The notes beneath the pieces are model-generated. The model was not told the DNA's origin, did not search any database, and saw only the letters and a list, made by a program, of their open reading frames with translations. Shown here piece by piece: positions 38,532 to 47,596 of a stretch of 64,000 bases of DNA. The DNA comes from a virus. Position numbers and translations under genes: made by a program. The first letter of the stretch is position 1. Every line of letters starts with the position of its first letter. Location of the stretch: IMG/VR virus record IMGVR_UViG_3300021376_000007; one strand, 5' to 3'.

Positions 38532-38759
38532 TCAGTTCTCTTCGTTGATCATTCCGATTTCACGCAGTTCTTCGCGTGAGTATGTGAACAGCATCCACTT
38601 GATTGCCTTTTTGACTGCTTTGTCCAAGGACATCCAATTGTGGCTGTTGATCTGGATTGATTGTGCATGAAAGAGGATTTTCTCTGCTCCAGTGAAGCCG
38701 TATTTGTGGTACAGCTTTTCCTTGATTTGAGTTTCCTTGTATTCACGTTTCAGTAACAC
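38532..38759 (-). CDS. cassette hypothetical protein
   Basis: AAGGAG RBS, GTG start. Confidence 0.65.
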   Translation of the reverse strand: MLLKREYKETQIKEKLYHKYGFTGAEKILFHAQSIQINSHNWMSLDKAVKKAIKWMLFTYSREELREIGMINEEN

Positions 38760-38857
38760 TATGTGCTCCTTGATTGTTTGTTGTTGGTTTTAGGCAGCCG
38801 TCAAGCTACCAATAAAGAGAGAACCCCTTTCGGGGCTCTCTCCATTGCTGCCTTTCT

Positions 38858-39277
38858 TCAGCTATTTGATGTCTTTCCTGTCACCCAGTCCTTGGCAATT
38901 TCAATCGCCTCCTCCTTGGTGTAGCCCCTGTTGTACAGCGTTCTGTGACTGCCCAACTGGACTCCGTACTGGACTTCTGCCGAGTTCTTCTGCTTGTAGA
39001 CAAGTGCCCACATGTTCGTGGGATCGGTCACTGCTCGAATTTCGGCTACGTATAACGCATCTTCGTCTATTCTGACGTTTATTGCGATTCCGTTGATCAC
39101 ATCAGTGGTCATGTTGACCAGATTCAGGAGCTGTTCAGCTTCTTCTATCTGATTTCCCATGTTCCTCAGCTTTTCTGTCAGTTCGGTGTGCAACTTTCGA
39201 TATGCTGCTAGCTCCTCTCTGACTTCAGCGTCGCGACCAAATAAGGTCACCACCTTGTGATTCCAGTGTATTGTCAT
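38858..39277 (-). CDS. cassette hypothetical coiled-coil protein
   Basis: start MTIHW after GGAGG; the ORF-track extension to 39487 crosses an array element. Confidence 0.7.
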   Translation of the reverse strand: MTIHWNHKVVTLFGRDAEVREELAAYRKLHTELTEKLRNMGNQIEEAEQLLNLVNMTTDVINGIAINVRIDEDALYVAEIRAVTDPTNMWALVYKQKNSAEVQYGVQLGSHRTLYNRGYTKEEAIEIAKDWVTGKTSNS

Positions 39278-39396
39278 GGTTTTTCCTCCATGTTCTGCCC
39301 ACATCACAGCGATGTAGGACTTGGCAGCCGTCAAGCTACCCATAAAGAGAAAACCCCATTTCTGGGGTCCTCTCTCCGTTTGCCTGACCACTATGG

Positions 39397-39810
39397 TTAC
39401 TTGTGGGTTTTCGGTGCCTTGGCAGGGTGTCCAGTGTGGCGGCCCATGCAGCCACCCTGTCCAGCCTTGCGGAAGCAGTACGAGCACCGACCGTCGACTT
39501 CTGCGTCGTTGATCCGTGCTTGCTTGTCCTGTTGAAGTTGGCGCAACTCCTGCACTTGCTGGTGCAACGCCTCCATCTCCTCAGCGATTACGTCAGCGTT
39601 GAGCTTCAGCATCTCTTGGAGAAAAGACTGCAGGTCTTCGAGGCCGTTGAGAGTCTGTTCCACATTCTGTGTGAACTCATCGTCTCGCGGGATCTCGTTG
39701 ACCCACTTGCCGAGCTTCTGTGTCGCCTTGGGGTCATACCCCAGAATCGTCATGAAGCCAATCAAAAAGGTGACCGCCGAAACGGCCTCCTCCATCTTCT
39801 TTTCCTTCAT
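39397..39810 (-). CDS. cassette hypothetical protein
   Basis: start MKEKK after GAAAGAGG; coiled coil plus CSYC. Confidence 0.65.
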   Translation of the reverse strand: MKEKKMEEAVSAVTFLIGFMTILGYDPKATQKLGKWVNEIPRDDEFTQNVEQTLNGLEDLQSFLQEMLKLNADVIAEEMEALHQQVQELRQLQQDKQARINDAEVDGRCSYCFRKAGQGGCMGRHTGHPAKAPKTHK

Positions 39811-39955
39811 TGTTATACCTCTTTCGTGGTAGTCGCAATCAGGCAAACTGGGAGGCTGTCAACCTACCCATAAAAGAAAAACCACACTGGCAGTGTGGTA
39901 TTCTTTATATAACTCATTGATAATAATCAACTACTTGAGCATGTCTGACTTGAGA

Positions 39956-40168
39956 CTACTGGTCCCAGGCCTTGGCTGCCTTCACGAGGGCTTTTTTGGC
40001 GTCCAGCTCCTGCCGCAGCAGGATCTTGTACTCCTCCATGTCCTCGGGAAAGCGACACCTGAGGAACTCTCCGCGCACCTTCAAGAGGGCCACACAGGCC
40101 TCCAGCAGGTTCTTGTCGATGTCCTCGGCGTGATCGTGATTGCTCATCTCGATCTCCCCTTTCTCCAC
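39956..40168 (-). CDS. cassette hypothetical protein
   Basis: single ORF between elements; start may be 40147. Confidence 0.6.
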   Translation of the reverse strand: MEKGEIEMSNHDHAEDIDKNLLEACVALLKVRGEFLRCRFPEDMEEYKILLRQELDAKKALVKAAKAWDQ

Positions 40169-40384
40169 AGAGTCACCTGTGGTGAGGTGCGCACACCGGG
40201 TTGGTGTACGTCTTGGTATTCAACAAGCTTCTGTGCTGGATGCACAGGGCTTGGTGTCTACCCATAAAGAGAAAACCGCACTAAAAAGCACGGTTTCTCA
40301 ATCACCAATTGTGTTTCTCAATCACCAAGTATTAAGATATGTATAGGATGGTGAATCCTTGGTTCGCCCTTGCCTAAGCAATGG

Positions 40385-40804
40385 CTACTTCGTGAACCCC
40401 TCGGTGACGTTGAAGATGTTGATCTCCATCTTGGTGATGTGCTCCTCGTTGTACATAACGACGATGTCATCACGCTGGATTTCTTTCTTCAGCCAAGCCT
40501 TAAGGCACTCAGTCACAACGTGATGAGTGATGTCCTTTGTCGGGCTCAGGAGATGAAACGGGTCGGTCTTCTCCAACTCGGAGTTATACTCACTGACTAC
40601 GGTAAACGCCCAGTTAAAGCCTTTTTCAAGACCAATCAACTCGACGTCAACCCAGCGAGGGCACTCAACAGGCATGCCGTCGACAAAATCGCGCACATGA
40701 GTGACGATCTCGTCATACAGCAGGTCAGCAGATGCCCACAGAAGCAGAGCTCCAATAGGGAGATTCATGAGAGCTTCGACAAGCCCCCAATCCTTCTCGT
40801 CCAT
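40385..40804 (-). CDS. cassette hypothetical protein
   Basis: start MDEKD after GAAAGGA. Confidence 0.7.
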   Translation of the reverse strand: MDEKDWGLVEALMNLPIGALLLWASADLLYDEIVTHVRDFVDGMPVECPRWVDVELIGLEKGFNWAFTVVSEYNSELEKTDPFHLLSPTKDITHHVVTECLKAWLKKEIQRDDIVVMYNEEHITKMEINIFNVTEGFTK

Positions 40805-40928
40805 GGTTTCCTTTCGGGTGGCCTCTACCAAGAGACTCTTAGTCTACCCATAAAGAAAGAACCCCTTTCGGGGCCCTTTCTTTGAACTGCCTTTTCAGTT
40901 CATTGCAGGAATGTTGCTTGTTCGCCCT

Positions 40929-41183
40929 TTACGGGTTGATTTTTCCGTTGGGGAACTGGACAATGTCACCAATCTCAACAGATCCGTACTTCATTGAAAT
41001 GTAGTACATTGCTGTCTCTAGGTCTCCCCAGCAATTGGTGATCACCCCATCCCACTTGGTCCAACCCTCCTGAACTGTCACGGTTGCACCGTTGCACCAG
41101 GATGTTTCCTGATGCTGGACGCATCCCTTGAATGTCCAGGAAAGGATCGCCACCAAGGTTATGGCGATGATTCCTTTCTTCAT
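40929..41183 (-). CDS. membrane-anchored protein with degenerate LysM-like domain
   Basis: N-terminal TM; VTVQEG.T.W.......GD.......I....G.V.IG..V.FP. Confidence 0.5.
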   Translation of the reverse strand: MKKGIIAITLVAILSWTFKGCVQHQETSWCNGATVTVQEGWTKWDGVITNCWGDLETAMYYISMKYGSVEIGDIVQFPNGKINP

Positions 41184-41298
41184 GGTAGTTTCCTTCCATG
41201 TTCTGCCCACATCACAGCGATGTAGGACTTGGCAGCCGTCAAGCTACCCATAAAGAGAAAACCCCTTTCGGGGTAATCTCTCCGATTTGCTCTAGTCC

Positions 41299-41868
41299 TT
41301 AAGCAGAAGAACTCGGCAGATTGATTGCCTTGTAACGGCTAAACAGGCTGGAAATCCACCTTTCCGGCGTGTACCTAAAGGACTGGTCCCATCCGACACA
41401 CACCGACGGGCTGAAAATCTCGTGGTGCAAGTCCATGTCGCCAAATGACTTGGCATGCTCTTCCTTAATCGTCTCCCAGAGCTCAACCCTGTTCAGCTCA
41501 TGCAGCCTTCCAATACGCCAACACCACTCGTGATACATGCAATCATCGTCGCTGTCGACAAACTCTCCATTTGCGTTCAACGGATACGAAAACTGTGTCC
41601 ACATAAGGGTGCCCTCGTCGACCGAAAGCAACAGAGAAACTGTCACCCAGTTGCCAAGCTGCTCGTCGCCAACCTGCTTAAAGAAGCTGCCAACAACACC
41701 CAGGCTGTCCTTCTTGTCCTTCACCAACATACGGTTGGTGACGACAATGCCATTGTCCTCGAGACGAAGGATCAACCCATCGATTCCCGGCATGTCGAGA
41801 ATCTTTTGGTAGTCAGGCCTGGCCTGACTTGAGATAGAGGGGCGGATAGGGGCAAAGAAGTCGCTCAT
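41299..41868 (-). CDS. cassette hypothetical protein
   Basis: start MSDFF after AAGGAG. Confidence 0.7.
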   Translation of the reverse strand: MSDFFAPIRPSISSQARPDYQKILDMPGIDGLILRLEDNGIVVTNRMLVKDKKDSLGVVGSFFKQVGDEQLGNWVTVSLLLSVDEGTLMWTQFSYPLNANGEFVDSDDDCMYHEWCWRIGRLHELNRVELWETIKEEHAKSFGDMDLHHEIFSPSVCVGWDQSFRYTPERWISSLFSRYKAINLPSSSA

Positions 41869-41988
41869 GGCGAACTCCTTTCTCCAGACTTTTTTGCGCA
41901 AGCCTGGTCGGGCGCAGGTAACCGAGTGGCTACCCATAAAGAAAAAACCTCTTTCGAGGTCTTCTCCTTTGAACAGCTTTTCTTCTGC

Positions 41989-42468
41989 TCATATATCGAA
42001 TGAACGTGCATTGTGCCAATCAATCAAGTCCTCCACGTGCTGAGGCATTGCTTCAATGATTGCCGAAAAGGTTTCGTTGTAATCATTAACGTTTTCCACC
42101 TTGTTATCAAAAGTTGTCCGCGTCGAGTCCATAGCCAAATAAACGTCGTATTCCTGATGATTCACATCAACATCAAATCGTGTTTCAATGAAATCGGTTC
42201 GAGTCGATGCCATCCACGTCAAATCAACACTAATTATAGCCTGCTCACCGTACGCAAGCTCCAACGTGACAAGAGCGCTATGAGTTGCACCAACGACATT
42301 GTCGATCACAACAACACAACCAATGACAGGAAGAATCACCTTGTTTACCACCACGGCCCTTTCAGAGATAGCGACATTGTGGTAGTCTTGAACACAATCA
42401 ACAAACTGTGTCCAAGTTGGAATTTCATAGAGGCTAGCGGGGTGGATGCGGCGAGGAGTAATGTTCAT
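41989..42468 (-). CDS. cassette hypothetical protein
   Basis: start MNITP after AAGGAG. Confidence 0.7.
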   Translation of the reverse strand: MNITPRRIHPASLYEIPTWTQFVDCVQDYHNVAISERAVVVNKVILPVIGCVVVIDNVVGATHSALVTLELAYGEQAIISVDLTWMASTRTDFIETRFDVDVNHQEYDVYLAMDSTRTTFDNKVENVNDYNETFSAIIEAMPQHVEDLIDWHNARSFDI

Positions 42469-42618
42469 GACATTCTCCTTTCTCCAGATTCTTGTACGCC
42501 AATCTGGTAGCGCAGATAGACAGTAGAGTCTACCCATAAAGAGAAAACCCCCCGAAGAGGGTAATCTCTAGTGTTTGTTCTGTTGCCAGGCGGTCACTAC
42601 GCCCCGAGTCTTATTCAG

Positions 42619-42789
42619 TTAGTCTGTCAACTCGACGTCGGCAAAACGAGCCAAGAGAGCCCATTCCTGGTGTCTCCAAGCATCGTCGTCCCAACGGACG
42701 AGTCTGAAGCACTCGCAACAGACATGACCGTCCCGCAGTTTGCGGAAATCGGTCAGTCCGTGCTCAGTGCACAGACCACGCTTGCCCAT
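42619..42789 (-). CDS. 56-aa zinc-ribbon protein not in the ORF track
   Basis: AAGGAGGT RBS; MGKRGLCTEHGLT...HVCCEC. Confidence 0.7.
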   Translation of the reverse strand: MGKRGLCTEHGLTDFRKLRDGHVCCECFRLVRWDDDAWRHQEWALLARFADVELTD

Positions 42790-42890
42790 ATTTACCTCCT
42801 TTCTGGATAGATGACCTACCTGGTCTGGGATCTACCCATAAAGAGAAAACCCCATTTCTGGGGTCCTCTCCTTTGAGCATCCTTTTTTGC

Positions 42891-43409
42891 TCAGTAGTCA
42901 GTGCCCTTCTGAAAGAGCCCTTCCACCAGGAACTCCAAGTTTTTCTCGAAGTCCTGGTCCACGATGTGGACCAGTGGCACGTTGGCGTGGAACCACATCG
43001 CACCCAGTTGCGGGTTGTACCCGATGCTGTTGTGGAGCTCCACGTACTGCCTGTAGTGCTCGGAAGGGACGAGGACGTATGCGACGAACGGGTAGCGATC
43101 ACCATACTTGTCGAATCGCCATGAAATGGTTAACTCGACGAAGTAGGAGACACCGGGATCGGGCTCGCCTCGGATCAACCGAGTAGAGTAGCCGACTGGT
43201 ACCATGTTGATGACGTACCTGCTGAGACGCTCCGTGGCGGATTGCGCCGCGTAGGAAACGCTGTCAGACTGGACGTTGAAGATGGCTTGGAGCAACAAGA
43301 TGAACTTGTACTCCTTCCCCGTCTTGGTTGACGAGAAGTAAAAGAACCTCTCGTCTGTCCAGTATGACAACTCCGAACGCAGGTCTTCGTCCTGCATCTG
43401 ACTGTCCAT
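42891..43409 (-). CDS. cassette hypothetical protein
   Basis: AAGGAG RBS, 172 aa. Confidence 0.7.
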   Translation of the reverse strand: MDSQMQDEDLRSELSYWTDERFFYFSSTKTGKEYKFILLLQAIFNVQSDSVSYAAQSATERLSRYVINMVPVGYSTRLIRGEPDPGVSYFVELTISWRFDKYGDRYPFVAYVLVPSEHYRQYVELHNSIGYNPQLGAMWFHANVPLVHIVDQDFEKNLEFLVEGLFQKGTDY

Positions 43410-43607
43410 TGGGATTTCTCCTTGATATGCGCACGGAGTTACCGTACGACTTGGCAGCTGTCAAACTACCCATAAAGAGAAAAGACCCATGCTGAAGGTG
43501 TGATAACGTGTATCAGAGCCTCCCTACATGGGTCTTTCTCTTTGATGGCTTCTGGTCCCAGGCTACCAATCAGGCCCGGCTTGACTTAACAGCTGTGTGC
43601 TACGTGA

Positions 43608-43781
43608 CTACTTCGGCCAGACACGGGTCACCGTGAAGAGTTCTGCGAGGTTGGCCTCGTAGTACCCACGGTTCCTGATCTGGACCCGGAGCCGTGCCTG
43701 GAGCGGGTTCTTGGCCAGCACCTTCACGGACCTCGGGTGTCCGGAGTGAGCGCACGTGTAGCGCACCTTCCAGAGGACCAT
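43608..43781 (-). CDS. 57-aa basic protein not in the ORF track
   Basis: AAGGAGG RBS; MVLWKVRYTCAHSGHPRSV...; high GC3. Confidence 0.65.
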   Translation of the reverse strand: MVLWKVRYTCAHSGHPRSVKVLAKNPLQARLRVQIRNRGYYEANLAELFTVTRVWPK

Positions 43782-43896
43782 ATGAGGACCTCCTTTCCCC
43801 CAGTTTTTAACGCAACTGAGTTGGCGTAGGAGCCCAAGTCAATGGGCTACCCATAAAGGAAAAACGGGCGAACTTACCACCCGTTATCCTTTTGGT

Positions 43897-44043
43897 TCAG
43901 TCCTGAAGAATCTTGGCGATCACCTCTTCAAGATCGGTCCACGAAAACCATTCTTGGTCTGCGATGTTCCTCTCTTGAATTGCTTCTGCCAAGTCCTTTT
44001 GCACCTGCTCAAGGCCAGTGCGGACCTTATCCGGTAATGCCAT
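43897..44043 (-). CDS. 48-aa protein not in the ORF track
   Basis: AAGGAG RBS; MALPDKVRTGLEQVQ... Confidence 0.6.
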   Translation of the reverse strand: MALPDKVRTGLEQVQKDLAEAIQERNIADQEWFSWTDLEEVIAKILQD

Positions 44044-44177
44044 CGGCATCTCCTTTGTATTGGGCCCAGACTTTCATGCCTGGGGACTACCCATAAAGAG
44101 AAAACCCCCCGAAGGGGGCTTCTCCCGTGATTGTGAGTAACAGAGGTTCACATAATCCTCCGGTCCATATTTGAGGA

Positions 44178-44378
44178 TCAGCCAAAGATCTCCGGGAGCA
44201 GCTCGATCAGCGAGTTGTCCAACTTGCGCTGGTCAACCGTGAACGCTGTGATTCCCTTCCTCTCGAGCTCGTGGATCCTGAAACGGATGTCTTCGACTTC
44301 CGTTGCCAGCTTCACACGCTCCTCGATGGACGCGTTGGTGGGGCCCATGTCACCTCCTTTCATGGATTGTAGAGACAT
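44178..44378 (-). CDS. cassette hypothetical protein
   Basis: single ORF between elements; alternative start at 44349. Confidence 0.65.
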   Translation of the reverse strand: MSLQSMKGGDMGPTNASIEERVKLATEVEDIRFRIHELERKGITAFTVDQRKLDNSLIELLPEIFG

Positions 44379-44479
44379 AAACTCTCCTCCTTTAGGCAGC
44401 CGTCAAGCTACCCATAAAGAGAAAACCCCATTTCTGGGGTCCTCTCTCCGAAGGTACCAGGCTACCTTCTACCTTTTAG

Positions 44480-44743
44480 TTAGGAGTTGAGCTTATCGTT
44501 GGCGTAGTTGATTACGCCGTCGAGACAGCTCTTCCTCTTCTCCAGTATTGCCACAGCCTCCTTCAATTGTGCTTGGCCGTAGTGGAGGAGCTCCATCAGA
44601 CCCCTCACGTGGGTCATGATGGCCTCGACATTGGCGTTTGCTTTGTCGTTGTCTGTGATTGTGAGAGCGATTTCGATCTCACGGATTTGGTTGCATTGCA
44701 GCATGATTCCTCCTGCTGTTGTGTTTTGTTTGTTTTGGGACAA
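44480..44743 (-). CDS. cassette hypothetical coiled-coil protein
   Basis: single ORF between elements; start probably MLQCN (44704). Confidence 0.65.
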   Translation of the reverse strand: MSQNKQNTTAGGIMLQCNQIREIEIALTITDNDKANANVEAIMTHVRGLMELLHYGQAQLKEAVAILEKRKSCLDGVINYANDKLNS

Positions 44744-44836
44744 AACACGTGCCTGGCCGTGTCCAGATAGTCGTCAGACTACCCATAAAGAGAAAACCCC
44801 TTTCGGGGTCTCCTCCTTTGAGCATCCTTTTTCTGC

Positions 44837-45154
44837 TCAGTTGCCTTCTGCTGATTTCATGTTGATCATGCGATCAATCCATGCTGTCGTGCAGTCTTCA
44901 CAATAGTGCGGCCAGCCATTCTTTTCCTGTGTAGAAAAACGTTCCAGAGCAATGCCTGTTCCGCACTTCACACATTTAAAAACAGTGCTGCACTTTGTGC
45001 AGGGACACTTGCTCATTGCCTCGATTTCCTCTTCGACACCCACTTTGATTGTGGGAAATCGCTCAGGATTCTTAGCAACGATCTCAACGATCTTGTGCCA
45101 GTGTTCCAGTCTGCATTTTGGTTGTGAATGTCTGTTGGGCCCTTGGGCCCCCAT
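44837..45154 (-). CDS. cassette zinc-binding protein
   Basis: CPCTKC, CVKC, CEDC. Confidence 0.65.
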   Translation of the reverse strand: MGAQGPNRHSQPKCRLEHWHKIVEIVAKNPERFPTIKVGVEEEIEAMSKCPCTKCSTVFKCVKCGTGIALERFSTQEKNGWPHYCEDCTTAWIDRMINMKSAEGN

Positions 45155-45341
45155 GACAATCTCCCTTCATGTTGGGTCTGGACTACCAAGTCCAGAGACT
45201 ACCCATAAAAGAAGAACGCCCGCATACGAGACGGGCCGCCCTTCAATACCCTTGATTGTTCAGCTTCTTTTTTTTCGCTTACTTAAACTTCTGGTGCCAG
45301 GCCAAGGATATGGCCCCGATCCAATTCAGTTGACGATCAAC

Positions 45342-45545
45342 TCACCTGTTGTTCCTGGTGAACCATCTGGATCCGAAGAACCCTATGGCCACAGCAACAC
45401 CAAGCCAGTTCACCAGGCCGAATATCGCTTGCACGATAGCTCCGGCCCAGCTCACCGCTGGAGTCAAAAGAAGAATGGCCACGAGGACCAACTCCCAGTG
45501 CTCCGCGAGGAACGCCTTGATTTGGTTCAATTCACCTCCTTTCAC
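45342..45545 (-). CDS. cassette membrane protein
   Basis: two hydrophobic helices. Confidence 0.65.
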   Translation of the reverse strand: MKGGELNQIKAFLAEHWELVLVAILLLTPAVSWAGAIVQAIFGLVNWLGVAVAIGFFGSRWFTRNNR

Positions 45546-45619
45546 AAAGGTAAATGAAGGAAGTCGTCAGACTACCCATAAAGAGAAAACCCCTTTCGGG
45601 GTCTTCTCTCCGATTTGCT

Positions 45620-45784
45620 CTAGTTCTTGTCCTTCTTGTCAGCTTCTTGGAGCCACTCTTCCTTGCACTCGACCGAGCAGTACCCCGATAGGTAGTAGTC
45701 GAAATGATTATAGTGTTGCCCACAATGGATGCACTGTGGACCGTTGTTGTTGTTAGGATGCTCATCCTGATTTAACCGCATCAT
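45620..45784 (-). CDS. 54-aa zinc-ribbon protein not in the ORF track (first cassette)
   Basis: MMRLNQ...QCIHCG...YCSVEC; fits between elements 45572 and 45837, unlike the ORF-track call 45532-45765. Confidence 0.65.
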   Translation of the reverse strand: MMRLNQDEHPNNNNGPQCIHCGQHYNHFDYYLSGYCSVECKEEWLQEADKKDKN

Positions 45785-46047
45785 ATTGTTTACCTTCTTT
45801 CTTTAGGCAGTTTGGTGTGCGTGAGTAACCGAGTGGCTACCCATAAAAAAAAGACAACAATAAGAGGGTATGGGGGGGTGGGCTCGTTAAAGTAAACCAT
45901 ACAAATACAACTTAACTATTACCCGCTCATAAATTTTCCTTATTTTTTTAACTCTTAAGATTTTTATACACCTTTATAGAGCTACGAAAATTTTTCCTAT
46001 AAATTTCCCACAACAAGTTGCCAAATCGAAAAACCTTGTGATAACGT

Positions 46048-46257
46048 ATGCTCACTTTGTCGGAAAAGCCGGCGAACATACAAACAGAAAGAATCACTGA
46101 AATGACAAACATTATTGATCCAGAAAATTTTAATTTGGAATCATACGAAGAGATAGATCAATACCTCGGTCAATACACAAAGACAGAATATGATATGTTC
46201 AGACCAGCCTACAATGACGTCGATTTTGACATGGACAACTACGGATACGACTACTGA
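46048..46257 (+). CDS. hypothetical acidic protein
   Basis: first plus-strand ORF after the strand switch; start may be 46102. Confidence 0.55.
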   Translation: MLTLSEKPANIQTERITEMTNIIDPENFNLESYEEIDQYLGQYTKTEYDMFRPAYNDVDFDMDNYGYDY

Positions 46258-46265
46258 TACCCATC

Positions 46266-46817
46266 ATGGCCACCATAAACACCATGCCAAACAACATATT
46301 GGTAGGATCAGAGAAATTGTTCAGATCCAAGAATCCTTGGAGAATAAATTCATCATTGATAGGACTACTGTCACCTGGTCATAACTTATTATTATTTAAT
46401 ACCAATAATAGAGATGACTTTGATAGAAAAAAGACGCAAAGATTGGCCACTGTACTGTATGACAATTGTCAGGTCTCACATGGTAATGTGATATTCATGG
46501 GATTGGAAAATGAATGTAGAATGGGTGTTGATTTACAGTTCAAGTATGGATATGATTTTGACTGCATGGTTCTTGTCAATAATCCCTATGATGAGGCAAT
46601 GTATGAAAATTTATCGGAGCGTACTTTATTGTATAATTTCTATACTAATTCAAATGGTTTTGATTTGGCCGGCGCTCACATCAATCAAAAGATTAAAACT
46701 GTACTTCCGGCACAAATGTCAAAAAGATTTGCTCTTGAGATGTATGGATGTTTGTTGTACGACACTTACGGCCAGAATTGCTTTGATGATGTGTACGGAC
46801 CTATAAAATATGTTTAA
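46266..46817 (+). CDS. hypothetical protein
   Basis: 183-aa ORF. Confidence 0.65.
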   Translation: MATINTMPNNILVGSEKLFRSKNPWRINSSLIGLLSPGHNLLLFNTNNRDDFDRKKTQRLATVLYDNCQVSHGNVIFMGLENECRMGVDLQFKYGYDFDCMVLVNNPYDEAMYENLSERTLLYNFYTNSNGFDLAGAHINQKIKTVLPAQMSKRFALEMYGCLLYDTYGQNCFDDVYGPIKYV

Positions 46818-47098
46818 TTAAAGTCATCGGGGTTTATGGTGAACACGTTTGGAATTTCCGTGGCCAATGATCTGACGACGGTTTCTTGATCATCACCATT
46901 TAGTGCACAGATGTCGTTGACCATATCCCATTGTTCCTTGGAGAAGACGGCTAGAGTGATCTGGCCGTCTTCTTCTGAGTATGCGGTCAAGACACTGTCT
47001 TGAATTTCTCCTTGAGAATCAAAATCAAATATTCCATTTTGGATGTCTATTCTGTCTGATTCCAAAATTTTTTTTATCAGATCGAGAAAAAAATTCAT
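46814..47098 (-). CDS. hypothetical protein
   Basis: 94-aa acidic ORF. Confidence 0.65.
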   Translation of the reverse strand: MNFFLDLIKKILESDRIDIQNGIFDFDSQGEIQDSVLTAYSEEDGQITLAVFSKEQWDMVNDICALNGDDQETVVRSLATEIPNVFTINPDDFN

Positions 47099-47219
47099 AT
47101 TATAAGTCCTTATTCCTCTGTTTAAAAAAAATAAAAACCGAAAAAAATTGCGCGCGTTTTGCGTTTGGCAAAAAGCTAGATCTTTTTCAGCTCAATTATT
47201 TTCATGTAGTTATAGTAAC

Positions 47220-47459
47220 TCAATCATCTGAATACAAATACAATTCATCTCTTAAATCATCTAAAGCTTCTTGAACTTTCAGCAATCTGTACTCCATCTT
47301 CTCAATAAACTCTTCTGATGGTTTAAGGTCAAAAGATACTCTTAGTTTTACCGGAATTGAATCGCTTTTTTCTTTTCTAGATTGAAAATTAAAGACGTTG
47401 TTTTTTTGTGTGTAATTTTCGTATTTTTTATAAAAGTTTTTTAGGTCTTCTTCATTCAT
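47220..47459 (-). CDS. hypothetical protein
   Basis: AGGAG RBS, 79 aa. Confidence 0.6.
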   Translation of the reverse strand: MNEEDLKNFYKKYENYTQKNNVFNFQSRKEKSDSIPVKLRVSFDLKPSEEFIEKMEYRLLKVQEALDDLRDELYLYSDD

Positions 47460-47596
47460 TTTCTAACTCCTCTATCCATTTATCTCCACATTCTCTACAA
47501 TCTATGTAAAGACATTTATTTCCATTTGATAAACCATTTCTAACTATATAATTAGTTGGAATTGGACAATCAGGGCATGGTTCAATTTTTTTGCTC

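Larger units (their letters stand above)
33555..45848 (-). repeat. array of 24 hairpin+CTTTATGGGTAG elements delimiting mostly single-gene cassettes
   Basis: plus-strand core CTACC(C/A)(A/T)TAAA at 33555, 34293, 34641, 35051, 37422, 38136, 38481, 38806, 39336, 39864, 40258, 40844, 41244, 41930, 42530, 42832, 43466, 43847, 44087, 44408, 44779, 45199, 45572, 45837. Confidence 0.95.

Noticed and set aside
38467-44420. Host sigma promoters within the element (TTGACG as -35; GTTT...GGGTA as SigF/SigB type)
   Set aside because: No -10 box at 16-18 nt after TTGACG, which occurs in only some copies; the GTTT-to-GGGTA spacing is about 9 nt, too short for SigB/SigF
33555-45848. CRISPR array interpretation of the repeats
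   Set aside because: Spacing is about 240-2400 nt, intervals contain whole genes with RBSs, and no cas genes are visible
33555-45848. Classical integron attC sites
   Set aside because: No RYYYAAC/GTTRRRY boxes and no tyrosine integrase in the window; hairpins look like terminators
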